Virus record (IMG/VR): IMGVR_UViG_3300021963_000002
Span: 6,686-70,685 of that record
From: a virus
Strand: one strand, 5' to 3'
DNA length: 64,000 nt
In this document: in pieces, positions 17,426 through 27,026 of the stretch
Position numbering within the stretch: position 1 is the stretch's first letter
Layout of the letters: the number at the start of each line of letters is the position of its first letter
Translations under genes and position numbers: made by a program
Notes under the pieces: model-generated
The model's database searches: none
What the model saw: the letters and a program-made list of their open reading frames with translations, nothing else
What the model was told of the DNA's origin: nothing

Positions 17426-17794
17426 TTACTCTCTTGGTACCCACGCCAGCTGCTCCTCGTCCCACTGATTTGACTTTCCGTCATTGGGATAGGGGCTAGG
17501 CGGATCCCATTCGCAGGTTTCCTCGTTCAAAGTCCAACTAGTAAAGGGCTGGGGAGGAATAAAGGCGTCACGCACTTGGTCGTATGTAAAACCGATGCCT
17601 GCGTAGTTTTTGCGAAAAGGTGCCTCCCCGTTTAGGTGCACACCGCACCTAGTGTTGTAGCTAGTGCGCTTGCAGACCTGGCCACGAAAATTGCCATAGT
17701 GCTGCTCCCAGTTGACACCTTCATCGTCCTCGTCCTTGCCTACAATGACTTCAGTGACGACGTTGCTGGTGTCTAGAAAAGCGTAATGAGCCAT
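17426..17794 (-). CDS. Conserved tail-fibre-associated protein (MAHYA..VIV family)
   Basis: KRTSYN..FRKNYAGIG..YD..RDAFIPPQP..SW.L pattern. Confidence 0.75.
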   Translation of the reverse strand: MAHYAFLDTSNVVTEVIVGKDEDDEGVNWEQHYGNFRGQVCKRTSYNTRCGVHLNGEAPFRKNYAGIGFTYDQVRDAFIPPQPFTSWTLNEETCEWDPPSPYPNDGKSNQWDEEQLAWVPRE

Positions 17795-17796
17795 AA

Positions 17797-18696
17797 TCAG
17801 TTCAGTTGAATGTTGCCGGTTCCTGCGGTAAACGTAGTTACTTTGTAGTCTCCGACCGTTGCCGTTGTAAACGTAAGACCGCCGCCGGGGTTTGAAACAG
17901 AAAGGCTAGTTGAATATCGGAGGATAACGACTCCAGATCCACCTGCTGCTGAACTTTGTGTCGGCGAGTAGTTTGCACCACCCCCACCACCTCCGGTGTT
18001 GGCAGTCCCAGGTTCGGCGGGTACTGTTCCCGATGCAGCCTTCCCGCCCCCTCCTAAGCCGCCTGCATAACCGCCTGCTTGGAGATAACTGCCTCCTCCA
18101 CCGCCACCGGCTCGGTAAGTAGCTGTCCCTGTAATTGAAGAGGAGACACCATTGCCTCCTCGCCCTTGACCATTTGTATTTCCTGGCTGACCTGCACCGC
18201 CACCTCCGCCTGAATACGTGGTGGAGCTGCTAGCGCCACCGTCGTAACCCTGGTTCGCAGTGCCAGCACCACCAGAAGAGGTTGAACCACCAGATCCAGA
18301 GCCCCCCGATACACCAGCTCCACTAGAAACACCTCCTGCTCCGCCTACTGAATTGACAGTACCGAATATGGAATTGCTGCCGTTACCACCAGATGCTGTA
18401 CCGCCAGCGCCCACCGTGACGATGTAGTTGGTCCCTGGCGCAATGTTAAGCAAAGCTTCTGCTGTAGCTCCGGCGCCAGAGCTTTCTCCCACTACGGACG
18501 CCCTGTACCCACCAGCACCTCCGCCGCTACCTCCGTAGTAGGCACCACCACCACCACCACCGCCAGCAATGACAAGGTATTCAATAAATGCCGGAGGCAG
18601 TGGCCATTCGCCAGTCTGTCTGCGCCTCCGCTGTGATTCAATATTCCACACGCCAGTGGTGTAGCTACTGTCTGGAGATTTCCCGATGTAAGTCAT
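17797..18696 (-). CDS. Glycine-rich tail fibre / receptor-binding protein
   Basis: EYLVIAGGGGG...GGSGVVILRY glycine-rich domain. Confidence 0.8.
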   Translation of the reverse strand: MTYIGKSPDSSYTTGVWNIESQRRRRQTGEWPLPPAFIEYLVIAGGGGGGGAYYGGSGGGAGGYRASVVGESSGAGATAEALLNIAPGTNYIVTVGAGGTASGGNGSNSIFGTVNSVGGAGGVSSGAGVSGGSGSGGSTSSGGAGTANQGYDGGASSSTTYSGGGGGAGQPGNTNGQGRGGNGVSSSITGTATYRAGGGGGGSYLQAGGYAGGLGGGGKAASGTVPAEPGTANTGGGGGGANYSPTQSSAAGGSGVVILRYSTSLSVSNPGGGLTFTTATVGDYKVTTFTAGTGNIQLN

Positions 18697-19352
18697 TGCA
18701 CGCCAAGAATAGGGTTTCCATTTATATCAAGACCCGCAAAGAATGACCACGGACAATAAATATATGTAGATGCGTTCTTAATGCGGATTCCACGAGCAAC
18801 AACAGCTGAGTTGAAATTAACTGTAAGGCCAGGAGAGCTGTCGGTTGCTCCCGAGCCACTGTTGACATAAACACTTCGTGCAGTCCAGACCACTCCGTCC
18901 CATGTTTCTACGGTTAGGTTGCCCTGCTGCGAAAGTGGGGCACTTGCATATGTCCCATAGCACCGATATCCGTTGATTGCGACAGGTAAATCAAACTTGT
19001 AGCCGACATAACTGCCTGAGTAGCTTGTAAGGCAGGTGTTGCTCCCGTCACCGCTGCCGTCATTGTTAGCGATATGACGCACATCGGTGTAGCTTGCAGA
19101 GCCGCTGCCAAGTGAAATATGTGAGGTGTTGCTATACATCTCGTCATAGAACAGAGTCATCCTCCGCGACACGAAGTAATACTCACGGTCGCCTTGCGAT
19201 GTAGGTGCGGGGAACCCTAGCGCCGTTGTGATCGGCGTTGCTACTTGCGCTAAGACCAGCCCGCGCGGGCCAATTTTCCAAACTCCACTGGTATCAGTCG
19301 CCGCTCGGGTTGGCCCTATCACTCCGCCATTGTCGAAGTGCAGAAACTTCAT
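18693..19352 (-). CDS. Tail fibre-associated protein with possible carbohydrate-binding beta-sandwich
   Basis: GGVIGP..SGVW N-terminus; DG..WT..ARGIRI discoidin-like pattern. Confidence 0.55.
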   Translation of the reverse strand: MKFLHFDNGGVIGPTRAATDTSGVWKIGPRGLVLAQVATPITTALGFPAPTSQGDREYYFVSRRMTLFYDEMYSNTSHISLGSGSASYTDVRHIANNDGSGDGSNTCLTSYSGSYVGYKFDLPVAINGYRCYGTYASAPLSQQGNLTVETWDGVVWTARSVYVNSGSGATDSSPGLTVNFNSAVVARGIRIKNASTYIYCPWSFFAGLDINGNPILGVQ

Positions 19353-19690
19353 CAGGTGATCTCCAGTGCGCTGACAGTCGCTTCTAGAGCGTTTGCAGTA
19401 CCGGATGTTACCCGGAGTTTCTCGCCACGCTTAAGGATGACCTTGTTAGCGACAAGCTCGATGCTTGCGTTGGATGGCACGCTAATCGTAGAGCAAATCT
19501 TTGCAAGTTCAGTGTTCGATGAGTCAGTAATCGCAACAGTCACGTTTGCTGAAGATGAGCCACTGACGTTCGCCACAAGGCAGCTCAGAATGACTGCCCG
19601 GTCAGTGTTGGCGACATTTGGTGCCTGATAAAGGTCGGTCACCGATGTGGAGCTGAGCTTTACGCTCGTTCTATTAAATGTTTCAGCCAT
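19352..19690 (-). CDS. Tail fibre-associated protein (MAETFN family)
   Basis: DLYQAP..AVILS..VAN..KVIL..GEKLRV..SALEIT pattern. Confidence 0.7.
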   Translation of the reverse strand: MAETFNRTSVKLSSTSVTDLYQAPNVANTDRAVILSCLVANVSGSSSANVTVAITDSSNTELAKICSTISVPSNASIELVANKVILKRGEKLRVTSGTANALEATVSALEIT

Positions 19691-19702
19691 TAGTCAGGAG
19701 CC

Positions 19703-19798
19703 TCATGCAAGGGCGATCCGCTCCTGGCTGGCTTGGTAGACGTCTTGGATGGCCGCTTCTGGGATAACAACCTGGGCGTTGTTAAATAATTCAGCCAT
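19703..19798 (-). pseudogene. 31-aa truncated paralogue of 19352..19690
   Basis: MAELFNNAQVVIPEAAIQDVYQA aligns with MAETFNRTSVKLSSTSVTDLYQA, then diverges and stops. Confidence 0.6.
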
Positions 19799-19848
19799 GG
19801 TCTAAAACCTAAGCTTTGAGGAGCGTTTCTGGGTTAATTCTACCGATT

Positions 19849-21717
19849 TCAGCCCAGCGCTAATGCCAGGCCGAGGCTTATGCCACTATTGCTAGCTGTT
19901 GATGTAATCGTCACTTCTACCTCTTCGTTGACAAAATCGTCATTCACGGTGAGGGTGATGTTGCTGCCTTCGATGAAGCGAACACTGCGGCGGGTGCCAG
20001 TCGCACTTGTGTCAGTGTTCTTGTAGATGGCTACCCGGGCATTGGTTTCTGCCGTGACTGGCTGTGCAACCCGAACTGCATTGATCGTGCTACTAGTTGC
20101 TGCATTTATCACACCGATCAGCTGATCCGCACTCAGGTCGGAGATGTTGCCTGCACCAGCTCCGGCTGCTCGACCTTTGACGGTCGCCTGACTTACTTGC
20201 TGGAGCTTGTCATTAGCCAGTGAGTTAACGCCGATGGCCGTTTCACCAAAAACGCTGAAGACCAGGCTGCTGGAGTCCAGTGTGACGTTGCGACTGGTTT
20301 GAACGAACGATTTGCCTTGGTTTGCGGTACCTGCTTCGACGTAAGTGAACGCACCGGCACCAGCTTCGGCTGAAGTGTTGAAGTCATCCGAGCGGGTCAG
20401 CACATAGGGCGTGCTCCCGGTGCCGATGGCCGAAACGCGGTAGATGCCGTTTTCGGTCTGCACCGTTTGGTCCTTCACCAGGACCCGATCGTTCAGCGCG
20501 AGGTTCTCACCATCGATGGTGACCCCCCCGTTGGAGTTGGCGGTCAGTGTTTGCCCGATGCTGGAGTAGCTGGCTGCCAGGTTTGCAGTGGTTGCAGCCC
20601 GCACCGATGCTTTGACGTCCAGACCAGTTGTTTGGGCGTCGACGTACGACTTGGTCGCAAGGTCGTTTGAGTTGACTGGCGATGCGGCATTGGTGATCCG
20701 AGCGCCGTTAGCGTTTCTTGTACCGCTGATGCCGTCAAAGATGTTGTTGGGGTTGGCACCCAGTGCAATATCAGAACCGTCGCTGGCGACGGTAATGTAG
20801 TTCGTACTGGTAGGTTTGATGCCCTTGAACTCGGCGCGATAGGAGCCGGAAACCAGGACAGAGCTTTGGTACACAAGTTGCTCACCGATGGCACCGACGC
20901 CCACGGCGGAGTTGATGCCTTGTAGGTTCCGAAGCGCGCCGTCAGCAGTATTAGCGCCTGAACCACCTTGTGAAATCGACAGCGGGGTGGTCAGACCCGA
21001 GAGGCTGCTTATATCGGAGTTGGAGCCGGACTTGGCAGCGCCAAGATTGTTGCGCGCTGTAGCTGCGTTGTTAGCCCCCGTACCTCCCACAGACACCGCT
21101 AAAGGTGTCGAGGTGTTCAAGGTGTTGATGTCAATATTCCCCGGTACCAAATCCAGGGTTAGCGCCTGATTGGAGTCGCTGTAGGCCGCGCTCAGCCGGT
21201 TAGAGCCCAGCTTCAGCGGGCGCAGCTCCAGGGTTTTCGACCCGTCCGCTTCGACTGTGACGCTGGACAGGAATTCGTAGACGGTGCCATTAACGACGTT
21301 GTTTTCCGCGTTGACGACACCAGTGTTTTTAACTGTGACGTCAGCTCTGTTGCTCCCAGAGTTGTCGGCTATGTCGACATTGATACCGACGCCATTGACG
21401 AAGTTGGCTTCCTGGCGGACCGACTTCAGGGCACCAGCTTCTGAGTAGCGGGAGCGCTGGGTGGATGTGTCATTGACAACGTGTGCCGTCAGGGCGCCAT
21501 TGGCGTCGTCGTAGGTGATGGCGACTGTGCTGGGACTTGCTGGGTCGTTTTGAATCAGGCTGCCAACAATGTCCTGAATTGCTTCTTGGACATTGGCCCA
21601 GGTAATCTTTTTAGCCTCGGTGCTGGTCGCACTCAGACGTTCAACGATCAACAGCAGGTCGTCCGCCTGAGGCGTGACTAATGCGTTCAGATCGGTAATG
21701 TTTTTAGTCGCGACCAT
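19849..21717 (-). CDS. Tail fibre protein
   Basis: GGTGA...ARNNLGAA..G.NSDI.SL; ATKSYVD..GLDVK.SVRAATT; RVLVKDQ..ENGIY; ends LGLALALG. Confidence 0.8.
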   Translation of the reverse strand: MVATKNITDLNALVTPQADDLLLIVERLSATSTEAKKITWANVQEAIQDIVGSLIQNDPASPSTVAITYDDANGALTAHVVNDTSTQRSRYSEAGALKSVRQEANFVNGVGINVDIADNSGSNRADVTVKNTGVVNAENNVVNGTVYEFLSSVTVEADGSKTLELRPLKLGSNRLSAAYSDSNQALTLDLVPGNIDINTLNTSTPLAVSVGGTGANNAATARNNLGAAKSGSNSDISSLSGLTTPLSISQGGSGANTADGALRNLQGINSAVGVGAIGEQLVYQSSVLVSGSYRAEFKGIKPTSTNYITVASDGSDIALGANPNNIFDGISGTRNANGARITNAASPVNSNDLATKSYVDAQTTGLDVKASVRAATTANLAASYSSIGQTLTANSNGGVTIDGENLALNDRVLVKDQTVQTENGIYRVSAIGTGSTPYVLTRSDDFNTSAEAGAGAFTYVEAGTANQGKSFVQTSRNVTLDSSSLVFSVFGETAIGVNSLANDKLQQVSQATVKGRAAGAGAGNISDLSADQLIGVINAATSSTINAVRVAQPVTAETNARVAIYKNTDTSATGTRRSVRFIEGSNITLTVNDDFVNEEVEVTITSTASNSGISLGLALALG

Positions 21718-22529
21718 TAGATGGCACCTCGCACCTTGATTTCCTTCAGTACTGGGAGCGTGCTAGACGCTGATTGTTCGCGGTTCCAGTAGAACAGCCT
21801 GAGCGGACTAGCACCGTTGGTTTGGGTGAAAGTTGCTACCGTGACGTCCCCTCTCTTCAGGGTTACGCTGCCAGTACTACCGGCACGGGTGAGAGTAAAG
21901 ATCTCATCCGAAGCTACAGTAATTGTACCCGAGCCTGCAGTTTGAATATCGATTTCGCTGCCGGCAACTGCACCTGCTCGACTTGTCGAAAGCTTGATTG
22001 AGTTGGTGGAGGTGTTGATTACGAAGTAGCTCACCGCCGAGCTCAATCCGCCCGGGACAGTTCCAGTGGAGGTCACAAGTACACGATCCCCCGTGTTGAA
22101 CGGGTGGGCATTGATCGTCAGGGTGTTGCTGGCATCACTTACGCCGCTCACGGCTTGGGGGCGGGCGATGGTCAGCACGGATGTTCCCTGCACGTTCACG
22201 CTGACTTTGTTGGGTGCAGTGGTTAGCCTCCCAAAGCCGACAGCAAAGCGGTTGGCGCTGACAGTCGAGATCTGGCTTTCATCCCAGTTGGAGAGGGTGT
22301 TGAGCTCTGCGTCAATCGCAAAGCCAATAGCCAGGTTGGACGTCCCGCTGGTGAGCGTGCCGTTGATCAGCGAGGCGTCTGGTTTGAAGCTGACGACGGC
22401 GTCGGTCGGATCATCAGAGGGATTGATGAAGACCTGCGTCCCAATGGCGAAACTAAACGGCCTGTTCTCCAGATCCGTTGGCTGTCCATTGGTTGATGTG
22501 TTGATTAGCGAGGATCCGAGAACAGGCAT
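21717..22529 (-). CDS. Virion structural protein
   Basis: HPFNTGDRV...PGGL...YFV...IKLS repeat common in tail proteins. Confidence 0.65.
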   Translation of the reverse strand: MPVLGSSLINTSTNGQPTDLENRPFSFAIGTQVFINPSDDPTDAVVSFKPDASLINGTLTSGTSNLAIGFAIDAELNTLSNWDESQISTVSANRFAVGFGRLTTAPNKVSVNVQGTSVLTIARPQAVSGVSDASNTLTINAHPFNTGDRVLVTSTGTVPGGLSSAVSYFVINTSTNSIKLSTSRAGAVAGSEIDIQTAGSGTITVASDEIFTLTRAGSTGSVTLKRGDVTVATFTQTNGASPLRLFYWNREQSASSTLPVLKEIKVRGAI

Positions 22530-24676
22530 TAGCTCACCCCGTTCGTGAGGTACATGTTTACGGTCGGGGCGGTCTGCACGCTGTAGGCATCAGAGCTGGT
22601 GGTGTTAACCAAGTTCATCCACTCTGCGTTGTATTCCACCGCCTTATCTAGTTTCGTGTAGCTGGCACCGAATGGGCGGGCGACAAACACAATCTCTGTG
22701 TTGTAAACAGGCTTCAGTCGGCTGGCTACGTTCCGCTCTAGATCAAGTTCGTAGTGTGCAACAAGCGTGTCGCCTGCTGCAATACCTGTTGTGACAGGCG
22801 TTGTATTTACTTTAGCTGCTTTGATTGTGAAAGATCTAGAGCTATTCAGCGTGTGCACGTAATAGTTCGTGTTCCCCTTGCTGATCCGTTGCCCCAGGGT
22901 GAGGCGTAGCGGGAAGGCTGATGCCACGATGATCAATCCGGTGCTGGGGTTGAACGACTGGACCGTAATTGAGTCCGACTTGACCGGGAACTCGGGCGGG
23001 CTGTCGAACTCAGAGCTGATCTGCTCCCGCTGGCCACCAAAGATGGGCCGCAGGTCGATGGTGGAGCCTTCAGGACCAACAATAAAGCTGCCGATCCGTT
23101 TGCCGCTTTGAACCACGCGGTAATCGTTGAAGCTGACGTCGAGGGTCAGGAGATCGCCGCTTTCGTACTGGGTGTCGACTGTCAGAAACTCGCCAGTGGG
23201 GTCCTCTTGGGTGACGGCGAATTCCGCGCCTGTGTCGTCGAAGCTGGTGATCAGCTGCGGGACCAGGTTGAACGGAGAGACGTAGTCACCATTTCGGTAG
23301 GGGATCCGGCCGTTGACGTGCCCTGCCTCCGTGGGCGGCACCATCACTGGATCCTTCCATATCTCCAGCTCAACCATGTCGGACGCGCCGACGTTCAGCA
23401 TCAATGGGTTCGTGACCAGGAGGTTCTCAACCGTTTCGCCCGCGTTGTTGGGGAAGCGCGCCTTGCTGCGGATCGTCATCACAGACTGACCTGCACCGCT
23501 GTATAGGCCGCCTACGACGGGTTCGACCGCCTTGCCGAAGGAGCCATCGACAGTCGTGATTTTGGCCTTGTCCTCACCCCCGCCATCAACCAGAACGGAG
23601 GCGCCGTAACGCTCGATGTACTCCGAGCGAGCCAGGTTTCCGCTATTGGTGATCTCCACCCAGATCGGGAGGCTCGGGCTACTCAGCGACGGGATGTCGT
23701 ACGAGCGCAAGGCACCTGAGCCGTCCTCCTCTTGCAGATCGTTCCGCTTCTGGGTGTCGGCGAGGATGAGCTCGTGCGCCAGGATCCAGCGGGCTCGGGG
23801 GATCTGGGTGATGGAGGTTGGTAGTTCCTCGTCCTTGTCGACCAGGAAGAAATAGAAACGGACATCGCTGGCCCCGTACCACCCCCACTCGATGAGGGTC
23901 ATAAAGGTCTTGCTCAGATCCAGCGATTGCTTGGATTTGCCAGAACCGTCGACGTGATCGCCGTTCCACTGGGAGCGGGGGATCCGGGTTTCGTAGCGCA
24001 GCCCGTTACCGCCACTGGTCCGGTAGACGATCTGAAGGCGGTCGCCCACACCGTCGCCACTGCACTCCACGAAGAAACCGTCATTTGGGTCGCCAACACC
24101 CCACATCCGCCGCACGCTGACGGGTGTGGAGTCCACGGACATGCGGACAGCGAGGCTGGCCCGGACAATGCGCCCGGGCTGATAGCGGTAGCGCTGCTTG
24201 GTGGCAATTCGAGCGCGTTGGAAGCCCCCCTCATTGCTATTGAGGATGAGCTGGGCGGAGCTGGCAGCCTGGTTGTATTTGATCTCCCCGTTGGGAATGG
24301 CGGGGTAGAAGGCGCTGGTTTCGGAAAGCTGGGTCCACCGTGCCGACTCGGTACCGTCGATCTCCGGACGCTCGTTCAGGCCGGTGACGTCGAAGATCCA
24401 GTCTTCTTCCGTCAGCTCGTAGGCGTCGTTGCGAGTGAGGAAGTTGTAGGGCCGGGTTGCCCGGGGGAAGCCGAGCATGTCCCGGTTCACCTCGCTCGCG
24501 AACCGGTAGTTATCGATGATGGGGAGGACGTAATCCTCCCGGGGCATCACGACGGGAAGGCTGTTGTCCCCTGAGGTTTGGCCGGCAGGGAATTCTGAGG
24601 CGGCCTGAACCTCAACCCCATTGCGTACAACACGTTTACGCCCGATGTCATCGGGGAGTTGGTAGGCCGTCGTCAT
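22529..24676 (-). CDS. Virion structural protein, paralogue of 24676..26295
   Basis: NSLPVV, YQPGRI, DGFF, WNGD, IEWGWYG, RWILAH motifs. Confidence 0.7.
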   Translation of the reverse strand: MTTAYQLPDDIGRKRVVRNGVEVQAASEFPAGQTSGDNSLPVVMPREDYVLPIIDNYRFASEVNRDMLGFPRATRPYNFLTRNDAYELTEEDWIFDVTGLNERPEIDGTESARWTQLSETSAFYPAIPNGEIKYNQAASSAQLILNSNEGGFQRARIATKQRYRYQPGRIVRASLAVRMSVDSTPVSVRRMWGVGDPNDGFFVECSGDGVGDRLQIVYRTSGGNGLRYETRIPRSQWNGDHVDGSGKSKQSLDLSKTFMTLIEWGWYGASDVRFYFFLVDKDEELPTSITQIPRARWILAHELILADTQKRNDLQEEDGSGALRSYDIPSLSSPSLPIWVEITNSGNLARSEYIERYGASVLVDGGGEDKAKITTVDGSFGKAVEPVVGGLYSGAGQSVMTIRSKARFPNNAGETVENLLVTNPLMLNVGASDMVELEIWKDPVMVPPTEAGHVNGRIPYRNGDYVSPFNLVPQLITSFDDTGAEFAVTQEDPTGEFLTVDTQYESGDLLTLDVSFNDYRVVQSGKRIGSFIVGPEGSTIDLRPIFGGQREQISSEFDSPPEFPVKSDSITVQSFNPSTGLIIVASAFPLRLTLGQRISKGNTNYYVHTLNSSRSFTIKAAKVNTTPVTTGIAAGDTLVAHYELDLERNVASRLKPVYNTEIVFVARPFGASYTKLDKAVEYNAEWMNLVNTTSSDAYSVQTAPTVNMYLTNGVS

Positions 24677-26295
24677 CAGCGCTGACCCCAGGTGAGGCTG
24701 GCTTTACAGGTGTTGGATCCGTTGTCGATGGAGCGTGCGGCGATCACCAGCACGTCACCGGCGGTACCGGAGGCTGCGGTGGCCTCGCGGGTCAGGTACT
24801 GACGGGCAAAAGCAAAGATCTGGGTCAGATCCACGTTTGCCGAGTCGGCATCACCAGTGAAGAAAGAGGCGATTTGCTCCCCACCGGTGTATGCAGAAAT
24901 CGCATTAGAGGGGCTTTCAGGAGAGTTGTACTCAATGGCGGAGAGCGTTCCAGTGCTTGTGTACGCCGTCACCGGGTTTGTGGCCGCGTCAGTCACCGTC
25001 GCGGGGTTCTTCACGAGGATGAACTGGGCGCGGTGCGAGCTCACCATCGAGAGGAGCAGGGGGAAGACGCGCATCAGGTTGCGCTTGGTCTCGCCCTGGT
25101 TGTTGGTGATGTTCTCCTTGATCCGCAGTGCCAGCAGGGGCTTAAAGGCGGAGGTGCCGACGCCAGTGACCTTGGCGCCGTCCTGGCTGTAGATCGCGAG
25201 CTTGCTGTAATCGCCACCGTCGATGGAGATCTGCGCGCCGAACTTGCGGAGATAGGCGTTGGCAGAGAGGGTGCCGGTCTTCTCCACCCGGAACTGCATT
25301 GGCAGCGTCGGGTTACCCAGCGAGGGGTAGGGGATGCGATCCGAGCAGTTGAGGTTGTGGGCGATAACCCAGCGGGCCGTTTTGGCGGTCTCTCCGCTGG
25401 GGAGGTTCGCGTCTACAGGGACGTAGAACAGCAGGCGAGAGCCGGTGCCGCCGTACCAGCCGTACTCAATGCGGCACATCACCAGATTGGTGAGGCTGAG
25501 CTGGTGGACGGAGGAGGTGTCGGCAGAGCCGAGGATTGAGGCGCCTGCCGCGCCCACCATGGTGTCCCCGTTCCAGTAGCGGCGGGGGACGATTTCCTCC
25601 ATCACGGTGGGAGAGGAGGAGACCAGCTTGTAAATGGTGCCGAGGTCGGTGCGGCCGGGTTGGGCGGCGAGGACAGCAGCGTCCACCGTGAAGGTGACAG
25701 GGTCCGTGCCCTGAGCGGTGTAGCCCTTCAGGTGATCTTGAGGGCGCTCACCCGAGCTGGTGCGGCGGACGTAGTAGAGCTCGTTGCCGACGACACGCAG
25801 GAAGTAGCCGTCGGTGCCATCGAACATGCCGAATTCGATGGTGGCGTTGGTGTCCCGGCTCATCGCCACACCAAAGGACGCCGAAGTGATGCGACCGGTT
25901 TGGTATGGGAACGCCTGCTTGGTGATCAGGCTGGCGATGTTGCCGTTGGCGGCGGCAGGGGTGATCAGGATTTCTGCTGCAGACTGCTGCAACAGGTGGT
26001 TGACCTGGGTGACGCGAGTGCCGCCGGTGACCTGCTGGTTCTTGGCCCAGATGTTCTGGTCGATATCGATGAGGTTCGTGTCATCGAAAATTGCCAGCGG
26101 GGTTTGGACCCGGGGGATGCCCAGCAAGTCGTCCCGCACTTGGGACGGTGCTGAGAGGTTGTCGAGGATCGGGATCGGGCTTTGATCCGATGCAACAACA
26201 ACGGGGAGCGAGTTTGCGCTGGAGGCTTGCCCTGCCGGAATTGGCGTAGTGCGGCCTACTGTAATTACGCTTACGCCTTCTTCAACAGTTGCCAT
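24676..26295 (-). CDS. Virion structural protein, paralogue of 22529..24676
   Basis: NSLPVV, YQTGRI, DGYF, WNGD, IEYGWYG, RWVIAH motifs. Confidence 0.7.
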   Translation of the reverse strand: MATVEEGVSVITVGRTTPIPAGQASSANSLPVVVASDQSPIPILDNLSAPSQVRDDLLGIPRVQTPLAIFDDTNLIDIDQNIWAKNQQVTGGTRVTQVNHLLQQSAAEILITPAAANGNIASLITKQAFPYQTGRITSASFGVAMSRDTNATIEFGMFDGTDGYFLRVVGNELYYVRRTSSGERPQDHLKGYTAQGTDPVTFTVDAAVLAAQPGRTDLGTIYKLVSSSPTVMEEIVPRRYWNGDTMVGAAGASILGSADTSSVHQLSLTNLVMCRIEYGWYGGTGSRLLFYVPVDANLPSGETAKTARWVIAHNLNCSDRIPYPSLGNPTLPMQFRVEKTGTLSANAYLRKFGAQISIDGGDYSKLAIYSQDGAKVTGVGTSAFKPLLALRIKENITNNQGETKRNLMRVFPLLLSMVSSHRAQFILVKNPATVTDAATNPVTAYTSTGTLSAIEYNSPESPSNAISAYTGGEQIASFFTGDADSANVDLTQIFAFARQYLTREATAASGTAGDVLVIAARSIDNGSNTCKASLTWGQR

Positions 26296-26307
26296 TAGGG
26301 CTTAACC

Positions 26308-27024
26308 TCAGCTAACAGAATCTCTAGAGATACGAGGAATCACTTCAAGTGTTCCGATGGCCAGCGTATCTTCCTTATACACCGATATTGTACCTGAGCT
26401 CGCACCCACAGAAAATACAGGAGAGCCCGCACTTGTTGGCACCAGTTCGAACACCGTGCTGCTGATAATTGCAAGGTTGTTTGAGTAGAAGTTGACGCCG
26501 TCGTAAACGGTTTGCCCTGTTCCTGTGATCAAGATTTGATCCCGCTCCGTCAGTTTGTGAGGAGTGGTGGTGGTGATACGGACTCGGTTGCTGACAACAC
26601 CAGACGAGCTGGTGAAACTGCTGCCTGCCGTGATGCCACTGATGGTGGCTTGCGGGACAGTGAAGTACTCGCGGAGATCCCAGAGGAACTTGCCCTGGGG
26701 CTCGTCGGTGGGGTCGGTGCCGAACGCGAGGCCGGACTGGGAGATCCCCCGCTCTTCGTAGCCCAGAGGCACGTTTCGACCGAGAGCTTCGGTTTGGCGG
26801 CTGGTTAGGCGGAGTTGAATAACGCCTCCAGTCGGGTCGATCTCTACAACACCGAACGAGTCGACGGAGGCGTCTGTGGTGTTGTTGAAGTACCGGCGGA
26901 TGTCAGCAACGAGGACTGAATTGCTGTAGTCGTGGGGTGTTCCCCACGGCTTTTCAATGTTTAGGTACAGCTCGTCGAAGCTATCCCCCTCGCGCACCGT
27001 AATCGCAATAGGGTCCAGTGCCAT
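26308..27024 (-). CDS. Tail-associated adaptor-like structural protein
   Basis: ITVREGDSF...IQLRLT..QT..WDL; operon position. Confidence 0.6.
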   Translation of the reverse strand: MALDPIAITVREGDSFDELYLNIEKPWGTPHDYSNSVLVADIRRYFNNTTDASVDSFGVVEIDPTGGVIQLRLTSRQTEALGRNVPLGYEERGISQSGLAFGTDPTDEPQGKFLWDLREYFTVPQATISGITAGSSFTSSSGVVSNRVRITTTTPHKLTERDQILITGTGQTVYDGVNFYSNNLAIISSTVFELVPTSAGSPVFSVGASSGTISVYKEDTLAIGTLEVIPRISRDSVS

Positions 27025-27026
27025 TG

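Noticed and set aside
17797-18696. Nucleotide-level repeats (ccacca/ccgcc runs)
   Set aside because: Explained by glycine-rich coding sequence
14850-21717. Diversity-generating retroelement or invertase-driven fibre switching
   Set aside because: No reverse transcriptase, TR/VR pair, serine invertase or flanking inverted repeats seen
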